This document shows, one piece after another, positions 39,012-49,266 of a DNA stretch of 64,000 nt (its first letter is position 1; the number at the start of each line of letters is the position of its first letter). Under the pieces are notes generated by a model. That model saw only the letters and a program-made list of their open reading frames with translations, did not search any database and was not told where the DNA came from. Origin of the DNA: Alphaproteobacteria bacterium (GTDB taxonomy: Bacteria; Pseudomonadota; Alphaproteobacteria; MPNO01); the NCBI GenBank assembly GCA_965248835.1, contig CBDFLJ010000002.1, forward strand, positions 1,216,001-1,280,000, read 5' to 3'. A program made the translations under genes and the position numbers.

Positions 39012-40304
39012 TCAGTCCGTCGGGGTGGCGAGCTGCTCGAATCTCTCTATATCGGCCGGATCGAGCCGGATACGGAACCGCGCGGTCATACCCTCGTCGC
39101 GGCGCTCGATGATCTCGCCATGGCGGTAGAGCCAGGCCAGCTTCGCACCGTCGGACAGATCGACCTCGACATCGAGAACCCGCCGGCGCGCGCTGAACGC
39201 GCCATCGAGCCGCTCGATCAGGGCGGGCATCCCCTGCCCCGTCTTGGCGGAGGCCGGGATCACGTCGTTGCGCCGGGCGGCGCGGTTCAGGGAGATTGCC
39301 CGAGAGTCCTCGTCGAGAAGATCGATCTTGTTGTGGAGTTCGATCAAAACCTTGTCCTGGCCGTCCTCGATGCCGAGCTCGCCCAGAACCTTGAGCACGT
39401 CGGCCAACTGCGCCTCGCTATCGGGGTGCGAGATATCGCGCACGTGGATGATCAGATCGGCGTCGATCACCTCTTCGAGGGTCGCGCGGAAGGCCGCGAT
39501 GAGCATCGTCGGCAGGTCGGAGACGAATCCCACCGTATCGGACAGGATCGCCCGGCGGCCGGAGGGCAGATCGATGCCCCGCATCGTGGGGTCCAGGGTG
39601 GCGAACAGGAGATCCTCGGCAACCACGTTCGCCTTGGTCAACCTGTTGAAAAGAGTCGATTTTCCCGAGTTCGTGTAGCCCACCAGCGCGGCGACCGGAT
39701 AGGACACGCGCTTGCGCGCGCGGCGGTGCAGCGCCCGCGTCCGGGTGACCGTCTGGAGCTCGCGGCGGATGCGGATGATCCGGTCGTCGATCTGGCGCCG
39801 GTCGGCTTCGATCTGGGTCTCGCCGGGCCCGCCGAGGAACCCGAGCCCGCCGCGCTGCCGCTCGAGATGGGTCCAGCTCCGCACCAGCCGGCTGCGCTGG
39901 TAGCTCAGGTGGGCGAGCTCGACCTGGAGCGCGCCCTCGCGGGTGCTGGCGCGTTCGCCGAAGATCTCGAGGATCAGCCCGGTGCGGTCGATCACCTTGC
40001 AGTGCCAGGCGCGTTCCAGGTTGCGCTGCTGGACCGGGCTCAGCGCCGCATCGACGCAGACCAACGCGATCTCGTCCTCGGCGACCACGGCACCGAAGCT
40101 CTCCACCGCGCCGGCGCCGATATAGGTTGACGGCCGCGGCCGGGCGAGCGCGATTTTGTCGGCGCGCACGATATCGAGGCCGATCGCGCCGGCGAGTCCG
40201 ACCGCTTCGGCAAGCCGCGCTTCGGGCGTGCGTCCAGCCCCCGATGCCGAGCGGACATAGGGGTGCAGAACAGCCGCGCTGCCAACAGCGTGCGGCCGGT
40301 CGAT
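39012..40304 (-). CDS. hflX: Ribosome-splitting GTPase HflX (start uncertain)
   Basis: GGPGETQIE, GYTNSGKST, DTVGF, NKID; frame stays HflX-like upstream of the GTG at 40169 (AVLHPY...RLAEAVGLA). Confidence 0.93.
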   Translation of the reverse strand: MDRPHAVGSAAVLHPYVRSASGAGRTPEARLAEAVGLAGAIGLDIVRADKIALARPRPSTYIGAGAVESFGAVVAEDEIALVCVDAALSPVQQRNLERAWHCKVIDRTGLILEIFGERASTREGALQVELAHLSYQRSRLVRSWTHLERQRGGLGFLGGPGETQIEADRRQIDDRIIRIRRELQTVTRTRALHRRARKRVSYPVAALVGYTNSGKSTLFNRLTKANVVAEDLLFATLDPTMRGIDLPSGRRAILSDTVGFVSDLPTMLIAAFRATLEEVIDADLIIHVRDISHPDSEAQLADVLKVLGELGIEDGQDKVLIELHNKIDLLDEDSRAISLNRAARRNDVIPASAKTGQGMPALIERLDGAFSARRRVLDVEVDLSDGAKLAWLYRHGEIIERRDEGMTARFRIRLDPADIERFEQLATPTD

Positions 40305-40332
40305 TCGATTGCCCCCGCGGGCAGGCGGCCGG

Positions 40333-40590
40333 TTATTCGGCGACGGGCTCGACCTCGGATTTTTCGTCGTAGAGCTGGACCGGAGCCACCGGCATAACCG
40401 TCGAAATGGCGTGCTTGTAGACGAGCTGGGAGTGGCCGTCTCGGCGCAGCAGGATGCAGAAGTTGTCGAACCAGGTGATGATGCCTTGGAGCTTCACGCC
40501 GTTGACCAGAAACACGGTGACCGGTGTCTTGTTCTTCCGGATATGGTTCAGGAACGTGTCCTGGAGGTTCTGGCTCTTTTCTGATGACAT
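40333..40590 (-). CDS. hfq: RNA chaperone Hfq
   Basis: [28 protein letters not shown]. Confidence 0.98.
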   Translation of the reverse strand: MSSEKSQNLQDTFLNHIRKNKTPVTVFLVNGVKLQGIITWFDNFCILLRRDGHSQLVYKHAISTVMPVAPVQLYDEKSEVEPVAE

Positions 40591-40715
40591 CTTGGGCTCC
40601 GCTTTCTTCGAGTCTTGAATTGAACCGTAGATGATCCGGACGGCCTCGACCGACCGGATCGACACACAAACGGGGGAGCATTAACCCAAACTGGTTGCAA
40701 AGAAAATATGAAACC

Positions 40716-41375
40716 TCAAATCCGGCGCACAAGGTCAAGGAGGGCGCGGCACGACGCGAAATGTGCGGCGGGCGGAAATTCCGCGAATTCCCCGCCATCC
40801 GGCGGCTCGGGGCGGATCAGGACGGCGGTGCAGCCGGCGTTCCGCGCACACTCGATGTCGATCGCGGTATCGCCGACGAACCACACGTCTGGACCCCGCC
40901 GGTGCGGTCCGGCGGCCAGCGCCAGGTCCACCGGCTCGACCGCCGGCTTGTCGCGGGCCGCATCGGCCGCGCCGACCAAGCCGGAGAAATAGCCGTCCCA
41001 GCCCAGATGGCTGACCTCCAGGCGCAGGTTGGCGCCCATCTTGTTGCTCACCACGCCGAGAAAGACCCCGCGGCCGGACAGCGCGGCGAGCAGCGCCTCG
41101 GCGCCGTCGCATGCGGCCAGCCGTTCCAGGTGGACCGCCTCGAACCTGCCGTAAAAGACCGCCCTGGCTTCTTCCCAGCGGTCGCCGAACATCTCCGGGA
41201 ACGCCTCGCGCATCGATCGGCGCACCCGGGCGCGGGTCTCCTCCGGGGTCCAGGACGCGTGGCCCATCGCGGCCAAGGTGGCGTTCATCGCTTCGTGGAT
41301 GACAGGCCAGGTATCGACCAGGGTGTTGTCCCAGTCGAACAACACCGCGCCGGGCAGACGGTCAAGCGGTGACAT
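40716..41375 (-). CDS. HAD family hydrolase (phosphoglycolate phosphatase-like)
   Basis: FDWDNTLVD, VSNK, DKP, FVGDTAID. Confidence 0.88.
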   Translation of the reverse strand: MSPLDRLPGAVLFDWDNTLVDTWPVIHEAMNATLAAMGHASWTPEETRARVRRSMREAFPEMFGDRWEEARAVFYGRFEAVHLERLAACDGAEALLAALSGRGVFLGVVSNKMGANLRLEVSHLGWDGYFSGLVGAADAARDKPAVEPVDLALAAGPHRRGPDVWFVGDTAIDIECARNAGCTAVLIRPEPPDGGEFAEFPPAAHFASCRALLDLVRRI

Positions 41376-41442
41376 CGCCGTCCTCCCGCCGTCGGGCGAG
41401 CAGGCGGTGGGTCTGCGGCAGCCGGGGCCACACGGGCGGACC

Positions 41443-42819
41443 TCAGAAATATTCCAGGCGCACGGAGAACAGCCGCTCGACGTGCTTGATCGCCTTGGAG
41501 GCGACGAACATCACAATCCGGTCGCCGGCGCGCAGCGTCGTTCCGGCACGCGGAATATGCACCGCGCCGTCACGCACGACCGCACCGATGAGCACGCCGG
41601 CGGGAAGTCCGGACTCGCGGATCGGCCGGCCGGCGAGGCTCGAGGTTTCCAGCAGTTCCGCCTCCATGATCTCGCCGAAATCGCGCGGCAGCGAATGGAC
41701 TGCGCGGATCCTGCCGCGCCGGACGTGCTGGAGGATGGTCGAGGCGGTGATCGCATGCGGGCTCACCGCAACGTCGACCCCCAGCGTGCCGATCAGCGGC
41801 GCGTAGTTGATGTTGTTGATCAGCGCGACCGCCCGACCGGCGCCGTGGCGCTTGGCCAGAAGCGCGGCCAGCACGTTGACCTCGTCGTCATTTGTGACCG
41901 TCACGATCGCCTCGGCGGCCGCGACATTGGCTTCTTTCAGTAGCTCGGGGTCGAGCGCATCGCCGTTCAGCACGGTCACCCCGTTCAGGTTCAGAGCGGC
42001 GCGCTCGGCCTGAGCCTTGTTGGCCTCGATGATCTTGGCGCTGACGCCGGGATGCTCGTCGAGGATGAGGCGGGCCAGGAACTGTCCGACATGGCCGCCG
42101 CCGGCGATGACAATGCGGCGCACTTCCGGCTCCTCGTGGCCGAAGACGGTCATCGCCCGGGCAACGTGGTCGTTGTCGGCAACGAAATAGATCTCATCGC
42201 CCGGCAGCATCATATCGTCGGCCGTCGGCACGATCGAGCTGTCGCCACGCATGATGCCGACGACCACGATGTTGAGCTCGGGGAAGATTTCGGTGAGCTG
42301 GCGCAGCGGGGTGTTGATGACCGGGCAATCCTCGTCCAGCCGCACGCCGATGGCGCGCACCATGCCGTCGGCCAGCGGGATCGAATCGAACGCGCCGGGC
42401 ACGAACAGCCGGCGCGAGATCGCCCGCGCGACCTCGATCTCGGGCGAGATGATCACGTCGATCGGCAGGTGGTCGCGGTTGAACAGATCCGCCCAGATCG
42501 GCGCCAGGTAGCTCTGTGCGCGCACCCGGGCGATCTTGGTCGGAACGTCGAACAGCGAATGGGCGACCTGGCAGGCGACCATGTTGACTTCGTCGGCCTG
42601 GGTGACGGCGATGATCATGTCCGAATCGCCGGCCGCGGCACGCTCCAGAACATCGGGGTGGGAGGCGAATCCGACAAGCGCGCGGGCGTCGAGCGAATCG
42701 CCGACCCGGCGGATCAGCTCCTCGGACTGGTCGATGACGGTGACGTCATTGCCTTCCGCGGAAAGCTGGCGGGCGATGTGGAAGCCGACCTGGCCGGCGC
42801 CGCAGACGATGAGTTTCAT
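41443..42819 (-). CDS. trkA: Trk potassium uptake regulatory subunit
   Basis: Two RCK_N domains (GAGQVG, GGGHVG), DEVN motifs. Confidence 0.95.
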   Translation of the reverse strand: MKLIVCGAGQVGFHIARQLSAEGNDVTVIDQSEELIRRVGDSLDARALVGFASHPDVLERAAAGDSDMIIAVTQADEVNMVACQVAHSLFDVPTKIARVRAQSYLAPIWADLFNRDHLPIDVIISPEIEVARAISRRLFVPGAFDSIPLADGMVRAIGVRLDEDCPVINTPLRQLTEIFPELNIVVVGIMRGDSSIVPTADDMMLPGDEIYFVADNDHVARAMTVFGHEEPEVRRIVIAGGGHVGQFLARLILDEHPGVSAKIIEANKAQAERAALNLNGVTVLNGDALDPELLKEANVAAAEAIVTVTNDDEVNVLAALLAKRHGAGRAVALINNINYAPLIGTLGVDVAVSPHAITASTILQHVRRGRIRAVHSLPRDFGEIMEAELLETSSLAGRPIRESGLPAGVLIGAVVRDGAVHIPRAGTTLRAGDRIVMFVASKAIKHVERLFSVRLEYF

Positions 42820-42836
42820 GACCGTCAGCCCCGGCC

Positions 42837-44234
42837 TCAGGCCCGGGAGAGCTCCGTCTTGTCGCTGCCGCCCACGCCGAGCGACTTGAGCTTGCGATGC
42901 AAGGCCGAACGCTCCATGCCGACGAAGGTGGCGGTGCGCGAGATATTGCCGCCGAACCGGTCGACCTGGGCAATCAGATACTCGCGCTCGAACCTCTCAC
43001 GCGCCGCGCGCAACGGCAAGCCCATAACCTCGCTGTTCTTTTCCCAGCGCATCGGGTCGGGCGTGTTGGCGATAATCTCGGGCGGCAGCATGTCGGCGCG
43101 GACCGGATCGGCCGGATTGCCCGGCGCCATGATCAGCATCCATTCGGCGAGGTTGCGCAGTTGGCGGATGTTGCCCGGCCAGCCATAAGATTGCAGGACC
43201 GCGATCGCGTCCGTTGCGACCTCGCGGCAGGGCATGCCGCCGGTCGCCGCCGCGCGCTCGATGAAATGAAGCAACAGCGCGGGGATATCCTCGCGCCGCG
43301 CGGAGAGCGGGGGAATGGCGATCGGCACGACGTTGAGCCGGTAGTAGAGGTCCTGGCGGAAGCCGCCGGCGGCCATTTCGGCCTGGAGATCCCGGCTCGT
43401 GGTCGCGATCACCCGGGCGTCGACGCTCACCTGGGTCGTGCCGCCGATCGGAAGGAACGATTGCTCCTGCAGGACACGGACGATCTTGCCCTGGGTCTGC
43501 AGCGGCATGTCGGCGACCTCATCGAGCAGCAGCGTGCCGCCATGGGCCCGCTCGAACGTGCCCAGATCGCGGGCCGGGCGCCCGCTGTTCTCCGAGCCGA
43601 ACAGCTCGGCCTCCATGCGCTCGGGCGCCATGGTCGCGCAGTTGAGCACGACGAACCGGCCCTGGCTGCGGCGCGAGTCGGCGTGGATCATCCGGGCGGC
43701 GAGCTCCTTGCCGGACCCCGGCGGGCCGGTAATCAGAACCCGGCTGTCGCTCGGCGCCACCCGGTCGATCGCGTTGCGGACCTGGGACATCGCCGGCGAG
43801 CCGCCGATCATCGCCCAGTCCACACCCGCACGAAGGCGGAGTTCGGCGTTTTCGCGGGCCAGGCGGGCCGCATCGACCGCGTGCTTGGCCATCAGCACCA
43901 GCCGGTCCGCCTTGAACGGCTTTTCGACAAAATCGTAGGCGCCGAGCTTGATCGCCTTGACTGCGGTTTCGATGTTTCCGTGGCCGCTGATAATCACCAC
44001 CGGGACGTCCGCGCACTTCTCCTGGAGGATCTTCAGGAGCGACAGCCCGTCGCTGTCGTCGCCGCGCAGCCAGATGTCCAGGATGATCAGGTGCGGACGG
44101 CGCTCCTCGACCAGCCGCAGCGCGCTTGCGGTATTGGCGGCGGTGCGGCAGCCGTAGCCCTCGTCGATGAGGATATCGGAGATGATCGTCCGGATATCGT
44201 GCTCGTCATCGACTATCAGAATATCGGTCTGCAC
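42837..44234 (-). CDS. ntrX: Response regulator NtrX (REC-AAA+-HTH, lacks GAFTGA)
   Basis: LDIWL, ISGHGNIETAV, GGNISRTATFVGMERSALHRKL. Confidence 0.94.
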   Translation of the reverse strand: MQTDILIVDDEHDIRTIISDILIDEGYGCRTAANTASALRLVEERRPHLIILDIWLRGDDSDGLSLLKILQEKCADVPVVIISGHGNIETAVKAIKLGAYDFVEKPFKADRLVLMAKHAVDAARLARENAELRLRAGVDWAMIGGSPAMSQVRNAIDRVAPSDSRVLITGPPGSGKELAARMIHADSRRSQGRFVVLNCATMAPERMEAELFGSENSGRPARDLGTFERAHGGTLLLDEVADMPLQTQGKIVRVLQEQSFLPIGGTTQVSVDARVIATTSRDLQAEMAAGGFRQDLYYRLNVVPIAIPPLSARREDIPALLLHFIERAAATGGMPCREVATDAIAVLQSYGWPGNIRQLRNLAEWMLIMAPGNPADPVRADMLPPEIIANTPDPMRWEKNSEVMGLPLRAARERFEREYLIAQVDRFGGNISRTATFVGMERSALHRKLKSLGVGGSDKTELSRA

Positions 44235-46494
44235 CGCCCGCCATCTCCGAAACGACCTTGCCGGCCCCGTCGCCGGCCGACTCCGTAGTCCTGTCTTTGG
44301 GAAAGATCAACCGCACGCATGCGCCGCCGCGCGATCCGTCACCGAGCCAGACGCTGCCGCCGTGCTCCTCCATGATTTTCTTGACGATCGCAAGGCCGAG
44401 CCCCGTACCTTTCTTGCGCGTGGTTACGTAGGGCTCGGTCAGGCGTTCGCGCTCGCTCGCCGGCAGCCCGCGGCCGTTGTCCTCGACCGAGATTGTCGTT
44501 GCGGCGGCATCCTGGACAACGCTCAGAAGAACCCTTCCCGGCTCGCGCGCCGCCTCGCCTTGCGGCTCGCGCGCATCGATCGCCTCGACCGCGTTCTTGA
44601 GCAGATTCGTCAACGCCCGGCCGACCAGCCCCGCATCGCACGGCACGACGACCGGATGCTCAGGAAACCGGCAAACGAAGGCGACCGAAGGGTGCGCCGC
44701 CTGTTGCAGGGTCAGCGCGACCCGGCAGGCATCGAGCAGGTCGTGGTCGGCGACGACCGCATCGGGCATGCGCGCAAAATCGGAGAACTCGTCGACCATC
44801 CTGCCGATATCGCCGACATGACGGATGATGGTCTCGGTATAGTCGTCGAACATCTCGGGATCCGAGGTGATCTCGTCCTGGAACTTGCGGCGCAACCGCT
44901 CGGCCGAGAGCTGGATCGGGGTCAGCGGGTTCTTGATCTCATGGGCGATGCGCCGAGCGACATCGGACCAGGCGGCCTTGCGCTGGGCGGACTGGAGTTC
45001 GGTGATGTCATCGAACGTCACCACGAATCCGCGTACCGCCTCGCCTTCGAAATCGGCGACGATGCGCACCAACAAAGTCCTGCTGGCGCTGCCGCGCTCC
45101 AGCATCACCTCCATCTCGCCCTGCTGGCCGGGCCGGCGGCGCACCTTGTCGAGGAGCGCGCCCATCTCGGGAACCGCATGGATGAGCTGGCGCCCGATCC
45201 GCGAGTCGAGGTCGAGCGACAGCAGGTCCGATGCCGAGCGGTTGGCGAGGTTGATCCGGCCCGCCGCATCGACCCCGATCACGCCCGCGGATACGCCGGA
45301 CAGGACGGTCTCGATAAAATGGCGCCGGTCGTCGAGCTGCCGGTTGGCATCCAGCAGGTCGTCGCGCTGGGCCTCGATCTGATCGGTCATCCGGTTGAAC
45401 GCCCTGGTCAGCGAGGCGATCTCGTCATCGCCCTCGGTCTCTTCGACCCGGGTCGCCAGATCGCCGCCGCGCACGCGCTCCGCCGCCGAGGCGAGCGCCG
45501 AGATCGGGCCGGCGAGCCGGGTCGCGAATGTCAGCCCGACCCAGATCGCGGCCATCAGCAGCAACAGCGCGACCAGCACGAACATCATCGCGAACGTTAT
45601 CTCGAACGTTCGCCGCTCGCCCTCGAGCGATTTGTATTGCGAGACCGCCTTCTTGGTCCGCGCGATATGGTCGAGCACGCGGGGCTCGACGAACCGGCCG
45701 ATATAGAGAAACGCATCCATTGCGCCATCGAGCTTGATGATCGCGCGCATGCGGTCTTCCGAGCCGGTGGCGAGGACGACCGGCTCGCCGCTGCGCGCCT
45801 GCTCGAGCGCGCGGAGCGGGATCGGGTCGTGGTCGAGTACGAAGCTCAGGTTCCACCGGGCAAGCACGCGCCCGCCGCCATCGAAGACATAGGCCTCGCT
45901 CAGGTTCCGCACCATGCCCTGGGCCGCGACGAACCGGGAGAACCGGTCGGGCTCGGTCCACAGATGCGGCGAGGCGCGGTTGACATCGCGCGCCATGGCC
46001 AGCAGGTCGCCGCGGATCACCTGTTGATGCTCGCGCAGGTAGGCCTCGGCAACCAGGGTGGATTCTTCCAGCGCGGTGCGGACCCGGTCGGAGAACCAGG
46101 CTTGGACGCCGAAACTGAAGAACACCGCGGAGAACACCGAGACGATGATCGCCGGCACCAGTGCGATCAGGCTGAACCAGACCACCAGCCTGGTATGCAG
46201 CCGCGCGCCGACGCTGCCCCGGCGCCGCGCGATCCAGATCGCCACCAGGCGGCGGGCGACGATCGCGCCCAACACCAGGAACAGAACCAGGTCCAGGTTG
46301 AGCAGCACCAGAACGGTGCGCGGATCGGTCCCGAAGGGCAGCGAGCCGGACAGCGCGGCATAGGTCACGAGTGCCGCGCCCAGCGACAGCGCCGCAAGCG
46401 CCAACGGCAACTTGCGGCCCAGTCCCGCGCGGGCCGTCCAATCGGCCAGGCGGACCGCCAGGGCCGGTTCCAACACCGCCGCCTTTTCCGTCAT
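44206..46494 (-). CDS. ntrY: Sensor histidine kinase NtrY
   Basis: TM, HAMP and PAS regions; AWSDVARRIAHEIKNPLTPIQLSAERL; GTGLGL. Confidence 0.95.
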   Translation of the reverse strand: MTEKAAVLEPALAVRLADWTARAGLGRKLPLALAALSLGAALVTYAALSGSLPFGTDPRTVLVLLNLDLVLFLVLGAIVARRLVAIWIARRRGSVGARLHTRLVVWFSLIALVPAIIVSVFSAVFFSFGVQAWFSDRVRTALEESTLVAEAYLREHQQVIRGDLLAMARDVNRASPHLWTEPDRFSRFVAAQGMVRNLSEAYVFDGGGRVLARWNLSFVLDHDPIPLRALEQARSGEPVVLATGSEDRMRAIIKLDGAMDAFLYIGRFVEPRVLDHIARTKKAVSQYKSLEGERRTFEITFAMMFVLVALLLLMAAIWVGLTFATRLAGPISALASAAERVRGGDLATRVEETEGDDEIASLTRAFNRMTDQIEAQRDDLLDANRQLDDRRHFIETVLSGVSAGVIGVDAAGRINLANRSASDLLSLDLDSRIGRQLIHAVPEMGALLDKVRRRPGQQGEMEVMLERGSASRTLLVRIVADFEGEAVRGFVVTFDDITELQSAQRKAAWSDVARRIAHEIKNPLTPIQLSAERLRRKFQDEITSDPEMFDDYTETIIRHVGDIGRMVDEFSDFARMPDAVVADHDLLDACRVALTLQQAAHPSVAFVCRFPEHPVVVPCDAGLVGRALTNLLKNAVEAIDAREPQGEAAREPGRVLLSVVQDAAATTISVEDNGRGLPASERERLTEPYVTTRKKGTGLGLAIVKKIMEEHGGSVWLGDGSRGGACVRLIFPKDRTTESAGDGAGKVVSEMAGGADRYSDSR

Positions 46495-46557
46495 TACGTC
46501 TAGGCCCGCTTGCCGAGCCGCCGCCCTCGACGGAGGTCGAGGCCGCGGAAATCGGCG

Positions 46558-46593
46558 TCATCTTATGCCCCGCACCGCTTTGATGTCGAGATC
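46558..46593 (-). pseudogene. Probable 3'-terminal remnant of ntrC
   Basis: Reads DLDIKAVRGIR*, resembling the alphaproteobacterial NtrC C-terminus, in the position and strand where ntrC normally ends. Confidence 0.45.
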
Positions 46594-46689
46594 GTCTGCG
46601 AATTCAGGACATATGGGACGCTTCGGGTCTGCCGATTTCAAGGGCCATGTCGCGTAGCTGTTCAGATCAGGCCGCCGCCGCGCCGGCGC

Positions 46690-47490
46690 TCACCCGGCCA
46701 GGATGTCGGTGACGAACTTCACGCCCGGATAGGCGAGCGACAACAGCAGATAGGCCAAAAGCACGATGCGCGCGGCGCGCCGGCCGCGCAGCCCGTTGCG
46801 CGCGTGCGCTGCCAAAAGGACCGCGAGCACGACCAGCGTGACGAGCGAGAGCACCGTCTTGTGGTCCCAGGCAAGCAGGCTCCCGTCGATGACATAGTGG
46901 CTGGCCATCCCGGTCGCCAATCCGCAGGCCAGGAGGATGGCGCTGAGCCCCAGCATACGGACCTGCAGCCGTTCGCCGTCGGCCATCGCCGGCAACAGAC
47001 GGCTGAGCCGGGTCGGACGCTTCGCCTTGAGCGCGCGTTCCTGGACGAAAACCCCGGCGCCTGCGACCGCGCCGATCGTCAAGAGGCCGTAGGCGAGCAG
47101 TGCAAAGACGATATGCGCGCCGGTCCAAACGCCGATACTGCCTGCGGCAAGCGGGCGCTCGGGCGCGTCCTGCGAGATGGTCGCGAAGATCCCGATCAGC
47201 ACCAGATAGGGCAGCAGCAACGCCGCCAGCCGCCAGGCCTCGGCGGACAGCGCGGCGACTAAGGCGAACAGCGCCAGGCTGACCGCGACCGTCGCCCAAA
47301 GCGCCGAGCCGAACCCGGTCCGCCAGCCCGGTGCGAACAGAAACACCACCGTCAGGACCGAACCGATCAGCCCGACGCCCAGCAAGGGCCAGAACAGCGG
47401 ATCCCTGCCCCCGGTGCCGCGATAGGGCAGCACTGCCGCCGGGATGAGGGCGAGGAGCGCGCTGATCGACACCAGGACGGTCACGGGCAT
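46690..47490 (-). CDS. Cytochrome c assembly CcsA/YpjD-like inner membrane protein
   Basis: Multi-TM; HIVFALLAYG, QERALK, WDHKT, LAYPGVKFV. Confidence 0.8.
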   Translation of the reverse strand: MPVTVLVSISALLALIPAAVLPYRGTGGRDPLFWPLLGVGLIGSVLTVVFLFAPGWRTGFGSALWATVAVSLALFALVAALSAEAWRLAALLLPYLVLIGIFATISQDAPERPLAAGSIGVWTGAHIVFALLAYGLLTIGAVAGAGVFVQERALKAKRPTRLSRLLPAMADGERLQVRMLGLSAILLACGLATGMASHYVIDGSLLAWDHKTVLSLVTLVVLAVLLAAHARNGLRGRRAARIVLLAYLLLSLAYPGVKFVTDILAG

Positions 47491-47597
47491 GGACAGACTA
47501 TATCCCAGCCGCGTGCAATGGACAGCGGCCTTGACGAGCCTTGGCAATCCACGCAGCGGCGATTAGGGTCCGCCTCGAACGCCACCCGGAGCGCCAG

Positions 47598-48752
47598 ATG
47601 GACGATTGCCTGGCCCTGATCCTCGCCGGCGGGCGGGGCACGCGCCTGGGCGCGGGCACGCCGAAGCAGTATCTACCATTGGCCGGCAAGGCGGTTCTGC
47701 GCCATGCCGCGGAGGCGTTCCTCGACCATCCGGCGGTCGAGCGGGTGCGTGTGGTCATCGCGCCCGCAGACCGCGCTCGGCACGATGCGGCGCTGGCGGG
47801 CTTGCCGGTGCTCGATCCCGTCATCGGCGGCCGGAGCCGTCAGGACTCCGCCCGGCATGGGCTGGAGAGCCTGGTCGAGGCTGCGCCCCGCCTGGTCCTG
47901 ATCCATGATGCGGCGCGGCCGTTTCCGGATGCCGCAACGATCGGCAGAACCGTCGCCGCCCTTGCCGACCACCCGGCGGCCGTGCCGGCGACACCGCTGG
48001 GCGATACCCTGAAGGAAGAACGCGACGGGCTGATCGGCCGCACCGTCGACCGGAAGCGGCTGTGGCGCGCTCAGACACCGCAGGGCTTTCGGTTTCCGGA
48101 CATTCTCGCGGCGCACCGCGCGGCGGCGGGCCGGGCGCTGACCGACGATGCCGCCGTCGCCGAGCACGCGGGGCTCGATGTCGCCCTGGTCGCCGGCAGC
48201 GAGGCGAACGTCAAGATAACCACGGCCGAGGACCTCGAGCGCGCCCACCGCTGGCTCGCCGGAGCCGAAGGCGAGGCGCGCAGCGGTCTGGGATTCGATG
48301 TCCACGCCTTCGGCCCCGGCACGGCGGTGACCCTGTGCGGCATCGAAATCGCCCACGACCGCGGGCTGGTCGGCCATTCCGATGCCGATGTCGCGATGCA
48401 CGCCTTGACCGACGCGATCCTGGGTGCGATCGGCCAGGGCGATATCGGGGTGCATTTTCCGCCCACCGATCCGGCATGGCGCGATGCCCGGTCGGAAATT
48501 TTCTTGCGGCGCGCGGCCGCGCTCGTGGCCGAAGCCGGCGGGCGGATCGTCAACGTCGATCTGACGGTGATCTGCCAGGCGCCGCGGATCGGCCCGCACC
48601 GGGCGGCGATGATTGCCCGGTTGGCCGAGATCCTGGAGATCGACGCCGGCCGGGTGAACGTCAAGGCGACGACCACCGAACGGCTCGGTTTCACCGGCCG
48701 CGGCGAGGGAATCGCCGCCCAGGCGATGGCGACCGTGCGGCTAGGCGGCTGA
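47598..48752 (+). CDS. ispDF: Bifunctional IspD/IspF (MEP pathway)
   Basis: LAGGRGTR...PKQY, IHDAARP, AQTPQ, GFDVH, GHSDAD, KATTTE. Confidence 0.96.
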   Translation: MDDCLALILAGGRGTRLGAGTPKQYLPLAGKAVLRHAAEAFLDHPAVERVRVVIAPADRARHDAALAGLPVLDPVIGGRSRQDSARHGLESLVEAAPRLVLIHDAARPFPDAATIGRTVAALADHPAAVPATPLGDTLKEERDGLIGRTVDRKRLWRAQTPQGFRFPDILAAHRAAAGRALTDDAAVAEHAGLDVALVAGSEANVKITTAEDLERAHRWLAGAEGEARSGLGFDVHAFGPGTAVTLCGIEIAHDRGLVGHSDADVAMHALTDAILGAIGQGDIGVHFPPTDPAWRDARSEIFLRRAAALVAEAGGRIVNVDLTVICQAPRIGPHRAAMIARLAEILEIDAGRVNVKATTTERLGFTGRGEGIAAQAMATVRLGG

Positions 48753-48759
48753 GGCGGCG

Positions 48760-49266
48760 ATGGCCGGCACGGCGCTGAGGGAATCCCCCTATTGGCCGCC
48801 GTGGCGCGATCGCGCGACGTTCATCGCGACGTTCGGCGGCGCCGGGCTGCTGCCCAAGGCGCCGGGCAGCTGGGGCTCGCTGGCGGCGTTGCCGTTCGGC
48901 TGGCTGATCCTCGAGACGCTCGGCTGGCAGGGGGTGCTGGTGGCAAGCCTCGTCGTCGCGCTCCTTGGCTGGTGGGCCAGCCAAGTGGTCCTCACCCGGA
49001 CGGGGCTGAAGGACCCCGGCGCGATCGTCATCGACGAGGTCGCCGGGCAATTGCTGTGCCTTGCCGTGGTGCAGGCCGATCTGTGGCACTTCGCGGTTGC
49101 CTTTGCGACGTTTCGGGTCATGGACATTCTGAAGCCCTTCCCGGCCAATTTGGCCGACCGCAAACTCTGCGGCGGATTCGGCGTGATGGCCGATGACATC
49201 GTGGCGGGGCTATACGCTATGGCCGCGACCGGGGTGGTGATCGAGGTCGTCGAGGGTCGGTGGTGA
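48760..49266 (+). CDS. pgpA: Phosphatidylglycerophosphatase A
   Basis: APGSWGS, DPGAIVIDEVAG, FRVMDILKP, MADD. Confidence 0.92.
   Translation: MAGTALRESPYWPPWRDRATFIATFGGAGLLPKAPGSWGSLAALPFGWLILETLGWQGVLVASLVVALLGWWASQVVLTRTGLKDPGAIVIDEVAGQLLCLAVVQADLWHFAVAFATFRVMDILKPFPANLADRKLCGGFGVMADDIVAGLYAMAATGVVIEVVEGRW

Noticed and set aside
46611-46642. CTTGAA...CCCATAT RpoH-like promoter upstream of ntrY (minus strand)
   Set aside because: Spacer is 19 bp, longer than the usual RpoH spacing, so it cannot be supported
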